Positions 27,806-37,786 of a DNA stretch of 38,037 nt are shown here, in pieces (position 1 is the first letter of the stretch; each line of letters opens with the position of its first letter). The DNA is from an uncultured Rhodopirellula sp. (GTDB lineage Bacteria > Planctomycetota > Planctomycetia > Pirellulales > Pirellulaceae). The notes beneath the pieces were generated by a model that saw only the letters and a list, made by a program, of their open reading frames with translations, ran no database searches and was not told the origin of the DNA. The translations under genes and the position numbers were made by a program. The stretch lies in NCBI GenBank assembly GCA_964007735.1, contig CAXGAI010000043.1, forward strand, positions 1 through 38,037, read 5' to 3'.

Positions 27806-29497
27806 ATGCCCGTTTCGAAAAAACTTTTTATCGTCAATCTGGAAAATGCTGGAATCATGACCGAACAACAGGTCAAACAGCGTTTAGCAGACCTACGTAA
27901 AGAACAGCAACCCATTGACGGGGAAACGCTGGCAGCGGTGCTTGTGGAAGATGGAATTATCACTTCTTATCAGGCAGAGCGACTGAATCGTGAACAACCC
28001 AAGAACTTGCGCTATGGCAACTACCAAATTCAGAGCATCCTTGGGAAAGGGGGAATGGGTACAGTCTACAAAGCACGTCATCTCACGATGAAGCACGATG
28101 TGGCGATCAAGGTCATTTCCCAAAAGAAAGATGACGAGACGAATAGTCGTTTCAAGCGATTTCAACGTGAAGTGTTGGCAGCAGGCAAACTATCACACAA
28201 CAACATTGTCTCTGCATTAGATGCGGGTGAAGAAAACGGCAAATTCTTCCTCGTAATGGAACTGGTTCAGGGCGATGATTTAGGAAAGATCTCGAAGTGT
28301 GAAGGGGAGTTGCCTGTCGATGAAGTTATTAACTACATGTCGCAAACGGCCGTCGGTCTGAAGTATGCGCATGACGAAGGAATCGTACATCGGGACATTA
28401 AGCCACACAACCTATTACTGTCTTCTGACGGTACGATCAAGATACTCGACCTCGGCCTAGTCTCTCTGCAAAGATCCGAAGACTCCCTTGAAGACAGCCT
28501 GACAGGGCAGAATCAAATTATTGGGACGGTCGACTACATGTCACCGGAACAAGCCAAAGATGTTCATAGCGTGGATGCACGTGCTGATATTTATAGTCTG
28601 GGCTGTACGATGTTCCGCCTACTCACAGGCACTGTCCCCTATCCGGGCACGACAACAATCTCGCGGCTTTTAGCGCATCGGGACAATCCAATCCCCTCGC
28701 TCCATGATCATCTCTCAGACATCCCAGAATTACTAGCTCGCATCTTCCGACGCATGGTGGCCAAGGAACCCGAAGATCGCTATCAAACAATGAATGAAGT
28801 CATCGAAGCGTTTGAGACCTGTCGCCTGGCAAATGTAACAACGATACCTGTCATTCAGACGGATGACCCATCGATTACAACGGTCGAAGAATTCTCATTA
28901 GATCTGGAGAAGGATGAAATCTCTACCGTCGAAGTAGAGCGTGAAGAGCTGGATTCGATCAATGCCACTGCTCCACCTCTTCCAACTAAAGTAAAAGCCG
29001 CTCCAAAAATCGCTTCAATGAATGTCTCTGATCAGCTACCAGGTTCGCGGCGCACAGGCAAAAGCAACTACTTCCTGACCTTCCTTGCCCTGATCATTCT
29101 TACAGGTGCTGCAGGAGCTGGTTGGTACATGAGCCGACCCGGCTATATAGAAGTTAATTTCCCTGTCGAATATCGTGATGGTCCCTGGATTATCGAGATC
29201 AAGGATCATAACAACAAGAACGTCGTGCTGCTGACTGAACGCGATGCCGATGGACACGAAGATGCCAACCCAATTAGGCTTTCTCTGGTACCCGGAAACT
29301 ATACTTACGCGCTCATGCGTTCCATCATGTTTTTCCCAAATACCGGGCGCTTCGAAATGGAACGGGGGAAAACAATTCTGATCGATGGAGTTGATTGGGA
29401 AACCAGTGATCTCCAAGAACTCGGTTTAACCAATGAGGTGCTACCCGGAGAATCCGATCATTCCACCAGCGCCGATGATGAAGCAAAGGGTAATTAA
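27806..29497 (+). CDS. Hanks-type Ser/Thr protein kinase with one TM helix and a C-terminal extracytoplasmic domain
   Basis: LGKGGMGTVY, VAIK, HRDIKPHN, DLG, GTVDYMSPEQ, DIYSLG; TM FLTFLALIILTGAAGAGWY. Confidence 0.96.
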   Translation: MPVSKKLFIVNLENAGIMTEQQVKQRLADLRKEQQPIDGETLAAVLVEDGIITSYQAERLNREQPKNLRYGNYQIQSILGKGGMGTVYKARHLTMKHDVAIKVISQKKDDETNSRFKRFQREVLAAGKLSHNNIVSALDAGEENGKFFLVMELVQGDDLGKISKCEGELPVDEVINYMSQTAVGLKYAHDEGIVHRDIKPHNLLLSSDGTIKILDLGLVSLQRSEDSLEDSLTGQNQIIGTVDYMSPEQAKDVHSVDARADIYSLGCTMFRLLTGTVPYPGTTTISRLLAHRDNPIPSLHDHLSDIPELLARIFRRMVAKEPEDRYQTMNEVIEAFETCRLANVTTIPVIQTDDPSITTVEEFSLDLEKDEISTVEVEREELDSINATAPPLPTKVKAAPKIASMNVSDQLPGSRRTGKSNYFLTFLALIILTGAAGAGWYMSRPGYIEVNFPVEYRDGPWIIEIKDHNNKNVVLLTERDADGHEDANPIRLSLVPGNYTYALMRSIMFFPNTGRFEMERGKTILIDGVDWETSDLQELGLTNEVLPGESDHSTSADDEAKGN

Positions 29498-29573
29498 GCC
29501 TAGAGCAGCGGAGTCGATAAACTAATTTCACTTCCGATTGGCGGAACGAGTTTACAACCGCAAAAGGAACCAG

Positions 29574-30905
29574 CTACTTCGCCGCTTGTTCAGCTGCTTT
29601 ACGATTAATCCTTTGATCGTATTTGTAGTACAATTTTTTGTGCCGATCGGATAAATCCACTCGGCGGCCCTGAATAAATGCAGCTTCCACCTGAGTGCGA
29701 ATCTCCAGAACATTGCCATCTGTGATGACTAATGTAGCGTCTTTACCTTCTTCCAAACTTCCTACCTGCTTATCAACGCCCAAAATCTCTGCCGTACTCA
29801 AAGTAATGGATCGCAGAGCAGCTTCCATGGACAATCCATAAGCATGGGCCGTTCCAGCATGGAACGGAAGGTTACGAACCATTGATGCTCCAAAGCGGCC
29901 ATCCGATGCAATACAAAAACGCACACCGGCCTTTTCTAGTCGCGATGGAATTTCATAAGGTAAGTCATAGAAGTCATCTGCTCGACGAGGGGTGCGATAA
30001 ACTCCGCCCAAAATGACTGGAACATCATGCTTCTTTAACAAATCCGTACAGTAGATTGCATCGTATCCACCACTGATAATCAGCTTCACCTTCTGACGAA
30101 CGGAAAATGCGACGGCTGCCTGAATCTGATTGGCATTTTCCGCACTGGCGATTACAGGAATCTCGCCTGCCAGTACATCTCGCATAGCTTCCCACTTGAG
30201 ATCTACTTTGGCCGCGGGATCATTGCGGCGGGCTTCATTGTATCTTCTAGCCGTGTTGAAGAATTCTTCCAACTCTTTAACATTCTTGTCACGAGCGTTA
30301 GCAGAGTCTTTGGCACTTCCTGCTAACTGCCAGTCACTAACCGGCGCCATCAATGGCCAATTCACATGTAGCCCTGCGGCTGGATGAATCGTCAGATCTT
30401 CATAGGTCCAGCCATCGAGCTGAATGACCGCGCTCTGGCCGGAAATGGTTCCACCGCTGGGAGCCGTCAGACATAACAAAACTCCATTACTTCTTGTCGT
30501 CGGAATAATTTCACTGTCAGGGTTAATCGCAACATGTGCTTTGACATTAGGATTAAAATCTCCGGTCTCCCGCTCATCCTTGGTTGCCCGTACCGCATTA
30601 ATCTCCACTAATCCCATATTGCTATTAGCATCAATCAACCCTGGAAAGATATGCTTGCCTTTGATATCAATCACTTCAACGTCTTGAGGCAAATTAAGAT
30701 CATGCCCAATCGCAGCTATTTTCCCATCGATAAATAATAGCGTTCCATCCTCGATGTTTTTTCCACTCACGGTATGAATCGTTCCGCCAACAAGTGCAAT
30801 CGGATGATCTTGCTTGGCACCAGGCACTTCTGGCACGGCAGACAATACCATCGAGGAAAACAATGAACTAGCAATTGCAAGAAAAACGTATCGATTCGTT
30901 AGCAT
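29574..30905 (-). CDS. Secreted amidohydrolase-family protein, metal motif degenerate (start revised to 30905)
   Basis: PGLIDANSN, VGSLEEGKDATLV; ATG 30905 has AGGTGG SD upstream, begins a signal peptide and removes the overlap with the upstream gene. Confidence 0.88.
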   Translation of the reverse strand: MLTNRYVFLAIASSLFSSMVLSAVPEVPGAKQDHPIALVGGTIHTVSGKNIEDGTLLFIDGKIAAIGHDLNLPQDVEVIDIKGKHIFPGLIDANSNMGLVEINAVRATKDERETGDFNPNVKAHVAINPDSEIIPTTRSNGVLLCLTAPSGGTISGQSAVIQLDGWTYEDLTIHPAAGLHVNWPLMAPVSDWQLAGSAKDSANARDKNVKELEEFFNTARRYNEARRNDPAAKVDLKWEAMRDVLAGEIPVIASAENANQIQAAVAFSVRQKVKLIISGGYDAIYCTDLLKKHDVPVILGGVYRTPRRADDFYDLPYEIPSRLEKAGVRFCIASDGRFGASMVRNLPFHAGTAHAYGLSMEAALRSITLSTAEILGVDKQVGSLEEGKDATLVITDGNVLEIRTQVEAAFIQGRRVDLSDRHKKLYYKYDQRINRKAAEQAAK

Positions 30906-30969
30906 CGGAATCCACCTGTTCTTAGTCTTTTGAAATACAGCCCGCACAGTGTTAGTTAAATTCATCTGC

Positions 30970-33900
30970 TCAATTCTCCTGCTCAACGGAATCTTCAAGC
31001 TGACGGGCCGAGTTCCTCTGTTGTTGCCATTGATCCATCTGTTCCTGATTGATCATATTCATTAATTGTTGCAATCGTCCTTCTTGCTGCCCTGCATGAA
31101 AGCACTGACCGTTATGGCGATGTGTACGACAATACACATCTTCTCGCGGCCATAGATTTGCTTCTTTGTCCGGTACGGTTGATGCTCCAACCATGCCTTC
31201 TGCGGACGTCAGGATCTTTTGAATTAATGTTTCTCGTCGTTCTCGAAGGGTGACTCGGGAAGCAATATCATCCTGACGGTCAAAATACTTGCGTCCATCA
31301 ATCCAAGTTTGTTCACAACGGCTGAAAACAGAAAGTGGATCACCACTCCAGATAACAAAGTCGGCATGTTTGCCAGATTCAAGTGAACCAACAAATTTCT
31401 CAATACGCAGTTGTTTGGCCGGATTGAGTGTAACGAATTTAAGGGCTTCCGCGGGCGGAACTCCTCCGTAACGAACAGCCTTAGCGGCCTCATGATTTAA
31501 GTGACGCCCCAACTCTCTGTCATCTGAATTAAAGGAGACAACAACACCTGCTTTATGCATCAATTTCCCGTTATAAGGAATCGCATCAATCACTTCATAC
31601 TTATAGGCCCACCAATCCGCAAATGTCGAACCCATTGCCCCATGAGCGGCCATCTCTTCAGCAACCTTATATCCCTCAAGAATATGCTGTAATGTCCCAA
31701 TTTGGACGTTGAACTCTTCCAGTGTTCTCAGCAGAGCGAGAATCTCGTCCTGACGATAACTATGACAGTGAATCCATCGTTTGTGCTCCAAGATCTCGAC
31801 AATGGCTTCTAATTCATAGTCGTATCGTGGTGGAACACCTTTCTTCGTCGCATTCCATTGAGTCCAATCTTTTTTGTATTGTCGAGCGCGTTCAAAGGCA
31901 TCACGGATGATTTGTTCAACACCCATCCGTGTCTGCGGATACCGAGTGGTATATTCGTCACCCCAATTACTTTGCTTTACGTTTTCCCCTAAAGCAAACT
32001 TGATTCCCAAAGGTGCTCCGACAAATTTCATTTCTTCACCCGTCGCTCCCCACCGAAGCTTGATCACCTGATTCTGACCACCAATTGGATTAGCCGAACC
32101 ATGAAGGATATTTGACGTGGTCACGCCACCGGCAAGTTGTCGATAGATCGTATTGTCGTGAGCATCAATAAAATCTCCAATTCGAACTTCTGCTGTGATC
32201 GCCTGAGCACTTTCGTTAACTCCACCATCGGTGGCCATATGGCTATGGGCATCGATAATACCTGCCGTTACATGCCGTCCTTCTAAATCTACGATTGTAG
32301 ATCCACGGGGTGCTTTAAGATCTTGACCAACGGCTAAAATCTTCCCCTGATCAACAAGCATACTAGCCTTTTCCAGAATGCCCTGAGGGCCCGAAGTCCA
32401 AATCGTCGCATTAATTAGAAAGAGTAGCCTGGCTTGTGTTGGTGCAGAATCTCGGCCATAAGCACCGAGTGGGTAATTCACTTCATAGGATCGAATGCCT
32501 GCTTCCCCGACTTCAACGCCACTCTCTGAAGTCTTATCATCCTCGGCCAACTCAGCCGCTTCAATCGCTGTTGCGGTAAATTCACCTGATGTACCATCGC
32601 TTGCTAACCATTGGCCAACACCCTGTTTGGCATCCGCATCAATAAATGTCAGTGTAAAGCGAAGCAAGCCTTCTTTTCCAAAACTGTCCGCTGGCAGGAC
32701 TGCACTAACCCGAGTATCGCGAATAGACGCTTTTAAGAGCTTTACTGTTGTCTTTTGATCTTCACTACCAAGAATACTAACGGCCCCATTCAGCGATGGA
32801 CCTTTACCACTTAAATCCAGCGTTAAATCACCGCCCTCCAGCTCGCCTTCCAACTGCCATTTTCCAGCAAGTTCCAACAGCGGAGGAGGAGAAAATTGAA
32901 AACGCTCTCCTGTCACCCAAACCTCTTCAATTTCAGAATCGCCTTCAAAGAGATTTCCCGAAGTAATTACCAGACTGGCCAGATAGTTCTTCTCAACTTT
33001 ACCAAGCATGGAACTCACTCCCGATAATTCAGCTGGCGTCGTGGTAATCGAAGCAAGTGCTGCTTCAGGACTAAGACCATGCTTGACCGCCCGACGCAGA
33101 TTTTTAAGAAAGTCCTTGCGATTGCGCAGTCCATCCGTCGTGAGTGCAACTGTTGCACCGGCATTCATAAGCCGGGCAGGATTCTGCGGAGCTAAATCCC
33201 AGTGCATCATACTTTCCAAAGAGACCGCTCGAGCCGATTCGATACTGCCTACATTCGGCGCTTCGGGAAAATCAATCGGAAGAATAATCGAACGTTTGGT
33301 ACCAACTATATTTTCCAGGCGCTGATATTCATATCCGGAACCAACCATCACCGCCTGTAAGCCAAACTGTTTGGCAAATCTATCAGCTCGCATAAAATAC
33401 TGTTCATCACTCGTAGTAAAAACAACGGTCTGGACTGCATCAAGTACAGGTTCAAGTGATGCCAGGGCATCATTTCGCTCAGGACGCTGATTGCCAGGAT
33501 GGTTCTGATTAGCTTCTCTGGCTTTCCGGTGCCAGGCTGCATCCATCATCACTTGACGAGCTAATGCCACTGCTCCCATTGGTGAATTTGGATATTGATC
33601 ACGGCCACGCCCCTGAGGTACCGTCAGACGTATATATTGAAATAGGTTGGGCTTAAGAATAACTGTGTTGTTATCACCAGTTCCTGTAGATACAAGTGCA
33701 CTCGAACCCTGAATAATCCCAGTCGAGGGTGCAACAACTCTGGCAGCAAAGCCCTGACTACGAAATTGACTATTGGCGTTGTCATCAGCTGAATAAACTT
33801 CGGCCACAGAGAGCTGAGGCGTGATCGTGTCATTCCAATAAGGGGCCCCATTTGATGCAGGCGTTCGGTCGACGTTGGTAGGACTATAAGCATCAATAAA

Positions 33901-34191
33901 GCCTGCATAGACAAATCGCCCCTGCAATTCGACAATTTTAGCACCCGCCGGAATTTTCTGATTACTGCCTACTTTGCGAATCACATCACCCTGAATAACT
34001 ATGTCACCATCTTCGATTACTTGTCCGGGGGCAACGACAATCGTTCCGGAACGCAAAACGGTGGTAGCAGGAGTATTATCCTTAAGTCCAACGACAGGTC
34101 TCGAATTAGGAATCTGCGTATAACCTGGAACGGTGGCAACAACACCAGCTGTTACAACAACTCCTAAAATCCATGCATTTATTCTCTTCAT
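30970..34191 (-). CDS. Secreted protein with two amidohydrolase domains
   Basis: Signal peptide; domain 1 GFIDAYS; domain 2 GIIDAHSH, HCHSYRQDE, QHILEGY, NSDD, TLNPAKQL, GSLESGKHAD. Confidence 0.9.
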   Translation of the reverse strand: MKRINAWILGVVVTAGVVATVPGYTQIPNSRPVVGLKDNTPATTVLRSGTIVVAPGQVIEDGDIVIQGDVIRKVGSNQKIPAGAKIVELQGRFVYAGFIDAYSPTNVDRTPASNGAPYWNDTITPQLSVAEVYSADDNANSQFRSQGFAARVVAPSTGIIQGSSALVSTGTGDNNTVILKPNLFQYIRLTVPQGRGRDQYPNSPMGAVALARQVMMDAAWHRKAREANQNHPGNQRPERNDALASLEPVLDAVQTVVFTTSDEQYFMRADRFAKQFGLQAVMVGSGYEYQRLENIVGTKRSIILPIDFPEAPNVGSIESARAVSLESMMHWDLAPQNPARLMNAGATVALTTDGLRNRKDFLKNLRRAVKHGLSPEAALASITTTPAELSGVSSMLGKVEKNYLASLVITSGNLFEGDSEIEEVWVTGERFQFSPPPLLELAGKWQLEGELEGGDLTLDLSGKGPSLNGAVSILGSEDQKTTVKLLKASIRDTRVSAVLPADSFGKEGLLRFTLTFIDADAKQGVGQWLASDGTSGEFTATAIEAAELAEDDKTSESGVEVGEAGIRSYEVNYPLGAYGRDSAPTQARLLFLINATIWTSGPQGILEKASMLVDQGKILAVGQDLKAPRGSTIVDLEGRHVTAGIIDAHSHMATDGGVNESAQAITAEVRIGDFIDAHDNTIYRQLAGGVTTSNILHGSANPIGGQNQVIKLRWGATGEEMKFVGAPLGIKFALGENVKQSNWGDEYTTRYPQTRMGVEQIIRDAFERARQYKKDWTQWNATKKGVPPRYDYELEAIVEILEHKRWIHCHSYRQDEILALLRTLEEFNVQIGTLQHILEGYKVAEEMAAHGAMGSTFADWWAYKYEVIDAIPYNGKLMHKAGVVVSFNSDDRELGRHLNHEAAKAVRYGGVPPAEALKFVTLNPAKQLRIEKFVGSLESGKHADFVIWSGDPLSVFSRCEQTWIDGRKYFDRQDDIASRVTLRERRETLIQKILTSAEGMVGASTVPDKEANLWPREDVYCRTHRHNGQCFHAGQQEGRLQQLMNMINQEQMDQWQQQRNSARQLEDSVEQEN

Positions 34192-34352
34192 TTGCTACTA
34201 CCTAAAGGACTTGTTTCAGTGCACCTACAATCCTAAGTTATCCGGATGCGTTTAGAAATCCTTGGAATACCATAAATTCCATACGAAATAACGGTGTACA
34301 ATAACGACACCGTTGAGTTTGATTCTTAAAGAGCCGTTCAGGGGATTCCCTA

Positions 34353-35696
34353 ATGCCAACCCGTAATGTGATGATCATTTCAGCAGCGATGTTGCTATCG
34401 ATCATTTGCTATCGCCAGATCCCCCAGAACCAGTATGCCCGCTTCTATGAACGTGCCACCAAAGCGCTTGGTGAACACTACGTTCATGATGTAGATCAAC
34501 AACAGTTATTCCGGGGCGCCATGACCGGAATGATGGCGACATTAGACGAACATTCGAATTACCTACCTCCAAGACAATTCGAAGGTCTCGACGCCATTCT
34601 CAATCAGGAGTTCGGCGGACTCGGCATCCAGATCGAAAGCCTTGAAAACTCCACCGAACTACGAATCATAACACCTGTTCTTGGAAGCCCGGCAATGGAA
34701 GCTGGATTACAAGCGGGGGATGTCATCGTTAAAATCGGAGAAAAGTTCACCCAAAACATGCCTGAGGATGACTCTTTAAATTTATTAAGAGGAACCGAAG
34801 GAACATCGGTACAACTTTCTATCCGTCGAAATGATGATCCCACTCTGCTTGAATTTAATATCACTCGCAAGATCGTGCGCACCAGAACGTTGCGAGGATT
34901 TCAAAGGGAAGGCGACGGGCACTGGAATTATCGCCTTCCCGCCCCCAATGACAATTTCCTGTATTTGCACGTGACAGACTTTGGCCAGCGAACAACTCAA
35001 GAAGTAAAACAGGTCATCGATTCAGCCAATGGTGCATTGGAGTATGATGGAATTGTTTTAGACTTGCGGGGAAACGGAGGAGGACTCTTACTCTCAGCCG
35101 TTTCCATTTGTGATCTTTTTATGGATCAAGCGAAGGTGGTAGAGGTTCAATATCGTGATGAAAATAGAAATGTAACTTATTCCAGCGATGCATCGACTAC
35201 GCGTGACGCTACAACGCCGATGGTTGTGCTAATAGACCGGGATTCGGCCAGCGCAAGTGAAATCACAGCTGCTTGTCTACAGGATCACGAAAGAGCAATT
35301 GTGATCGGTGAACGGAGCTATGGTAAAGGTTCCGTGCAGGATGTCGTTGTCCTGAATGCATCGGGGGACAATCACGCCATTAAGTACACCGTTGCGCACT
35401 ATGTTCGACCAAGCGGACGAAATATTCACCGCACCAAATCGATCGAACAGATGTTGCCGGAAGAAGATTGGGGGGTTCAACCAAATGATGGATACACCCA
35501 TACATTTGATGACGAACAGCGAATCGCCTACTTGAAAGACAAGCGAGAGCGTTTCATTATCCAACCAACAGCCAATAAAGAAGACTCAAGTAGTAATCCA
35601 GAAGTAACCACCATAGAGTTTGACGAGAATGATACTATCTTCGTCGATCTGCATCTTCAACGCGCCATTGAATACTTGCAATCCCGCAAACTCTAA
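34353..35696 (+). CDS. S41 carboxyl-terminal processing protease (PDZ + peptidase)
   Basis: FGGLGI, SPA.EAGLQAGD, LDLRGNGGG, SASASEI, GERSYGKGSVQ. Confidence 0.95.
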   Translation: MPTRNVMIISAAMLLSIICYRQIPQNQYARFYERATKALGEHYVHDVDQQQLFRGAMTGMMATLDEHSNYLPPRQFEGLDAILNQEFGGLGIQIESLENSTELRIITPVLGSPAMEAGLQAGDVIVKIGEKFTQNMPEDDSLNLLRGTEGTSVQLSIRRNDDPTLLEFNITRKIVRTRTLRGFQREGDGHWNYRLPAPNDNFLYLHVTDFGQRTTQEVKQVIDSANGALEYDGIVLDLRGNGGGLLLSAVSICDLFMDQAKVVEVQYRDENRNVTYSSDASTTRDATTPMVVLIDRDSASASEITAACLQDHERAIVIGERSYGKGSVQDVVVLNASGDNHAIKYTVAHYVRPSGRNIHRTKSIEQMLPEEDWGVQPNDGYTHTFDDEQRIAYLKDKRERFIIQPTANKEDSSSNPEVTTIEFDENDTIFVDLHLQRAIEYLQSRKL

Positions 35697-37114
35697 TCCA
35701 GTTCTTTCAGGGCGGTGGAAATATCCTGAATCATCGCCTTACCGTCACCAAACAACATCGACGCGTTATCGGCGGCGAACAGTGGGTTGGCAATACCTGC
35801 ATATCCCGGACTTAAGCTTCGCTTAATAATGACAACCTGTCGGGCTTCATCGACATTCAGAATTGGCATGCCTGAAACCGGAGTACCTTCTCTTCGAGCT
35901 TCCGGATTCACCACATCATTGGCACCAATTACAATTGCCACATCGACTTCATCAAAGTCCGGATTCATCTCCTCCAATGCCTTGAGTTGACTATAATCCA
36001 CATCGGCTTCTGCAAGCAAAACATTCATATGACCTGGCATACGGCCGGCAACCGGATGAATAGCATATTCAACTGTAGCTCCACGTTCTTCAATTTGTTT
36101 TGCTAAATCGCTAACCGCATTCTGAGCCTGAGCGACAGCCATGCCGTAACCTGGTACGAAGACAACTCGATCCGCCATATCAACCATAATCGCCACATCC
36201 TCGGGAGAAGTTCGGATAACCGTTGCGTAAACTTCATCATCTTCTTCATAAGCGGAAGCAGCTCCGCCTCCAAACAACACATTCAGCAACGATCGATTCA
36301 TCGCCTTACACATTAGACTTGTAAGAATAATCCCTGAAGCTCCCACCAGCGAACCGGAAATAATTAATACGGGCTGATCGACAACAAATCCAGTTGCTGC
36401 AGCAGCGAGTCCGGAATAGGAATTTAACAAGGCGATAACAACAGGCATGTCAGCACCACCAATTGGTGTTGTGAGCGTGTAACCCAAAGTACAACCAAGA
36501 ATACAAATGCCAACAAAGTTCATTGTGACATTTCCATTAATAACCATGGCGTAAATACACCAGATACAGCCAGCAAACATCATCAAGTTCAATAAATGGC
36601 GAAGGATCGCCGGAAGCGGAATGGACTTCTTGAAGAATGCTAGCTCCAGTAGTTTTCCAGCAGCAACTGCACTACCAACAAATGTCACACCCCCGATAAG
36701 TCCTGAAATACCGCCAGCGACCATCACTTCGACGTGTAATGCACCTTCTTCGGCCGCCAGCAAACTTGCCGCCGCTACTAGGACAGAGGCCAGCCCACCA
36801 ACGCCGTTAAAAATAGCAACCAACTGAGGCATTTCTGTCATCTGAACACGCGTCGCAAGCATCGTTCCAAAAAAGGTCCCGATGAAAATCGCGCCGACGA
36901 TTGTTCCAATGGGAAGGGTAACGCTATTTTGAATGGCATCATTCTCTAGAATGATCGCAAACGAGACCCCTGCTGCAATGAGCATACCAACCACACCTAA
37001 CAGGTTGCCCAACACGGCAGTCCTAGGATGGCCCATTTTCTTGATCCCCATAATAAAGAGGACAGCAGCCAATAAGTAAAGGAGGTCAAAGAATACTGTG
37101 TTTAATTCCACCAC
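35693..37114 (-). CDS. pntB: NAD(P) transhydrogenase subunit beta
   Basis: MTEMPQLVA, IGGADMPVVIALLNSYSG, VPGYGMAVAQAQ, HPVAGRMPGHMNVLLAE, GANDVVNP. Confidence 0.98.
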   Translation of the reverse strand: MVELNTVFFDLLYLLAAVLFIMGIKKMGHPRTAVLGNLLGVVGMLIAAGVSFAIILENDAIQNSVTLPIGTIVGAIFIGTFFGTMLATRVQMTEMPQLVAIFNGVGGLASVLVAAASLLAAEEGALHVEVMVAGGISGLIGGVTFVGSAVAAGKLLELAFFKKSIPLPAILRHLLNLMMFAGCIWCIYAMVINGNVTMNFVGICILGCTLGYTLTTPIGGADMPVVIALLNSYSGLAAAATGFVVDQPVLIISGSLVGASGIILTSLMCKAMNRSLLNVLFGGGAASAYEEDDEVYATVIRTSPEDVAIMVDMADRVVFVPGYGMAVAQAQNAVSDLAKQIEERGATVEYAIHPVAGRMPGHMNVLLAEADVDYSQLKALEEMNPDFDEVDVAIVIGANDVVNPEARREGTPVSGMPILNVDEARQVVIIKRSLSPGYAGIANPLFAADNASMLFGDGKAMIQDISTALKELD

Positions 37115-37184
37115 GATGGGTAATCCTATCTATGTATTCCCGATAAACGGTTTAGTGATTGTTTTGATTGTCTACTGGCGACGG

Positions 37185-37733
37185 CTATGCTGTTTTCTTC
37201 TTTTTCTTTTTGGATGAAAACATACTCAGCATTCTGTGCGTCACACCAAATCCACCAACAACATTCACCATTGCTAATGCGATTGCCAGACCCGCCAAAA
37301 ACAATGCGAATTTATTATTTGCCGTCACACAGTCGTCAACGACTAGAATTGCGCCGACGATCGTAATGCCACTAATCGCATTCGAACCGGACATCAATGG
37401 AGTGTGTAGCGTCTGCGGGACTTTGGTGATGACTTCAAATCCAACAAAAACCGAAACAACAAAAACTGCAACTCCCGCCATTAAGGCTTCATAACGGTCG
37501 ATCGTAAAAGCCGGATTTTCATTCGTTTCGATGCCACCCAGATTCTCCGCCTCGTTTTCCGTAGCCTCAACTTGATCTGTTGGAGCGATTTCACCTGGGG
37601 AAGGATCTGTTGTCGGATTTGTGTTTTCCTGTGCAACAAGAAGGCCCGCAAGGAGCATCACGCAGAGTCCCCATCCTTTGAGCCATCGGGACGCCTTGGT
37701 ATTCGTCTGTTCTTTCATATGTCTATCAATCAC
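37185..37733 (-). CDS. pntAB: NAD(P) transhydrogenase alpha subunit, membrane part (alpha-2), with N-terminal extension
   Basis: VGFEVITKVPQTLHTPLMSGSNAISGITIVGA, NVVGGFGVTHRMLSMF; start uncertain. Confidence 0.93.
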   Translation of the reverse strand: MIDRHMKEQTNTKASRWLKGWGLCVMLLAGLLVAQENTNPTTDPSPGEIAPTDQVEATENEAENLGGIETNENPAFTIDRYEALMAGVAVFVVSVFVGFEVITKVPQTLHTPLMSGSNAISGITIVGAILVVDDCVTANNKFALFLAGLAIALAMVNVVGGFGVTHRMLSMFSSKKKKKKTA

Positions 37734-37786
37734 TAAAAATGAATAAGTAAATGCATTAGCTGTCTACTTATTAGTATGTGTTGGTT

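Noticed and set aside
29498..29573. Terminator between the kinase and amidohydrolase genes
   Set aside because: Only a 5-bp TTCCG/CGGAA stem without a convincing U-tract.
30906..30998. Upstream start of the 474-aa ORF overlapping the large amidohydrolase
   Set aside because: ATG 30905 has an SD and starts a signal peptide; the extension is unnecessary.
11034..37494. Numerous short ORFs nested in or antisense to long genes
   Set aside because: No recognisable motifs, and each overlaps a better-supported CDS.
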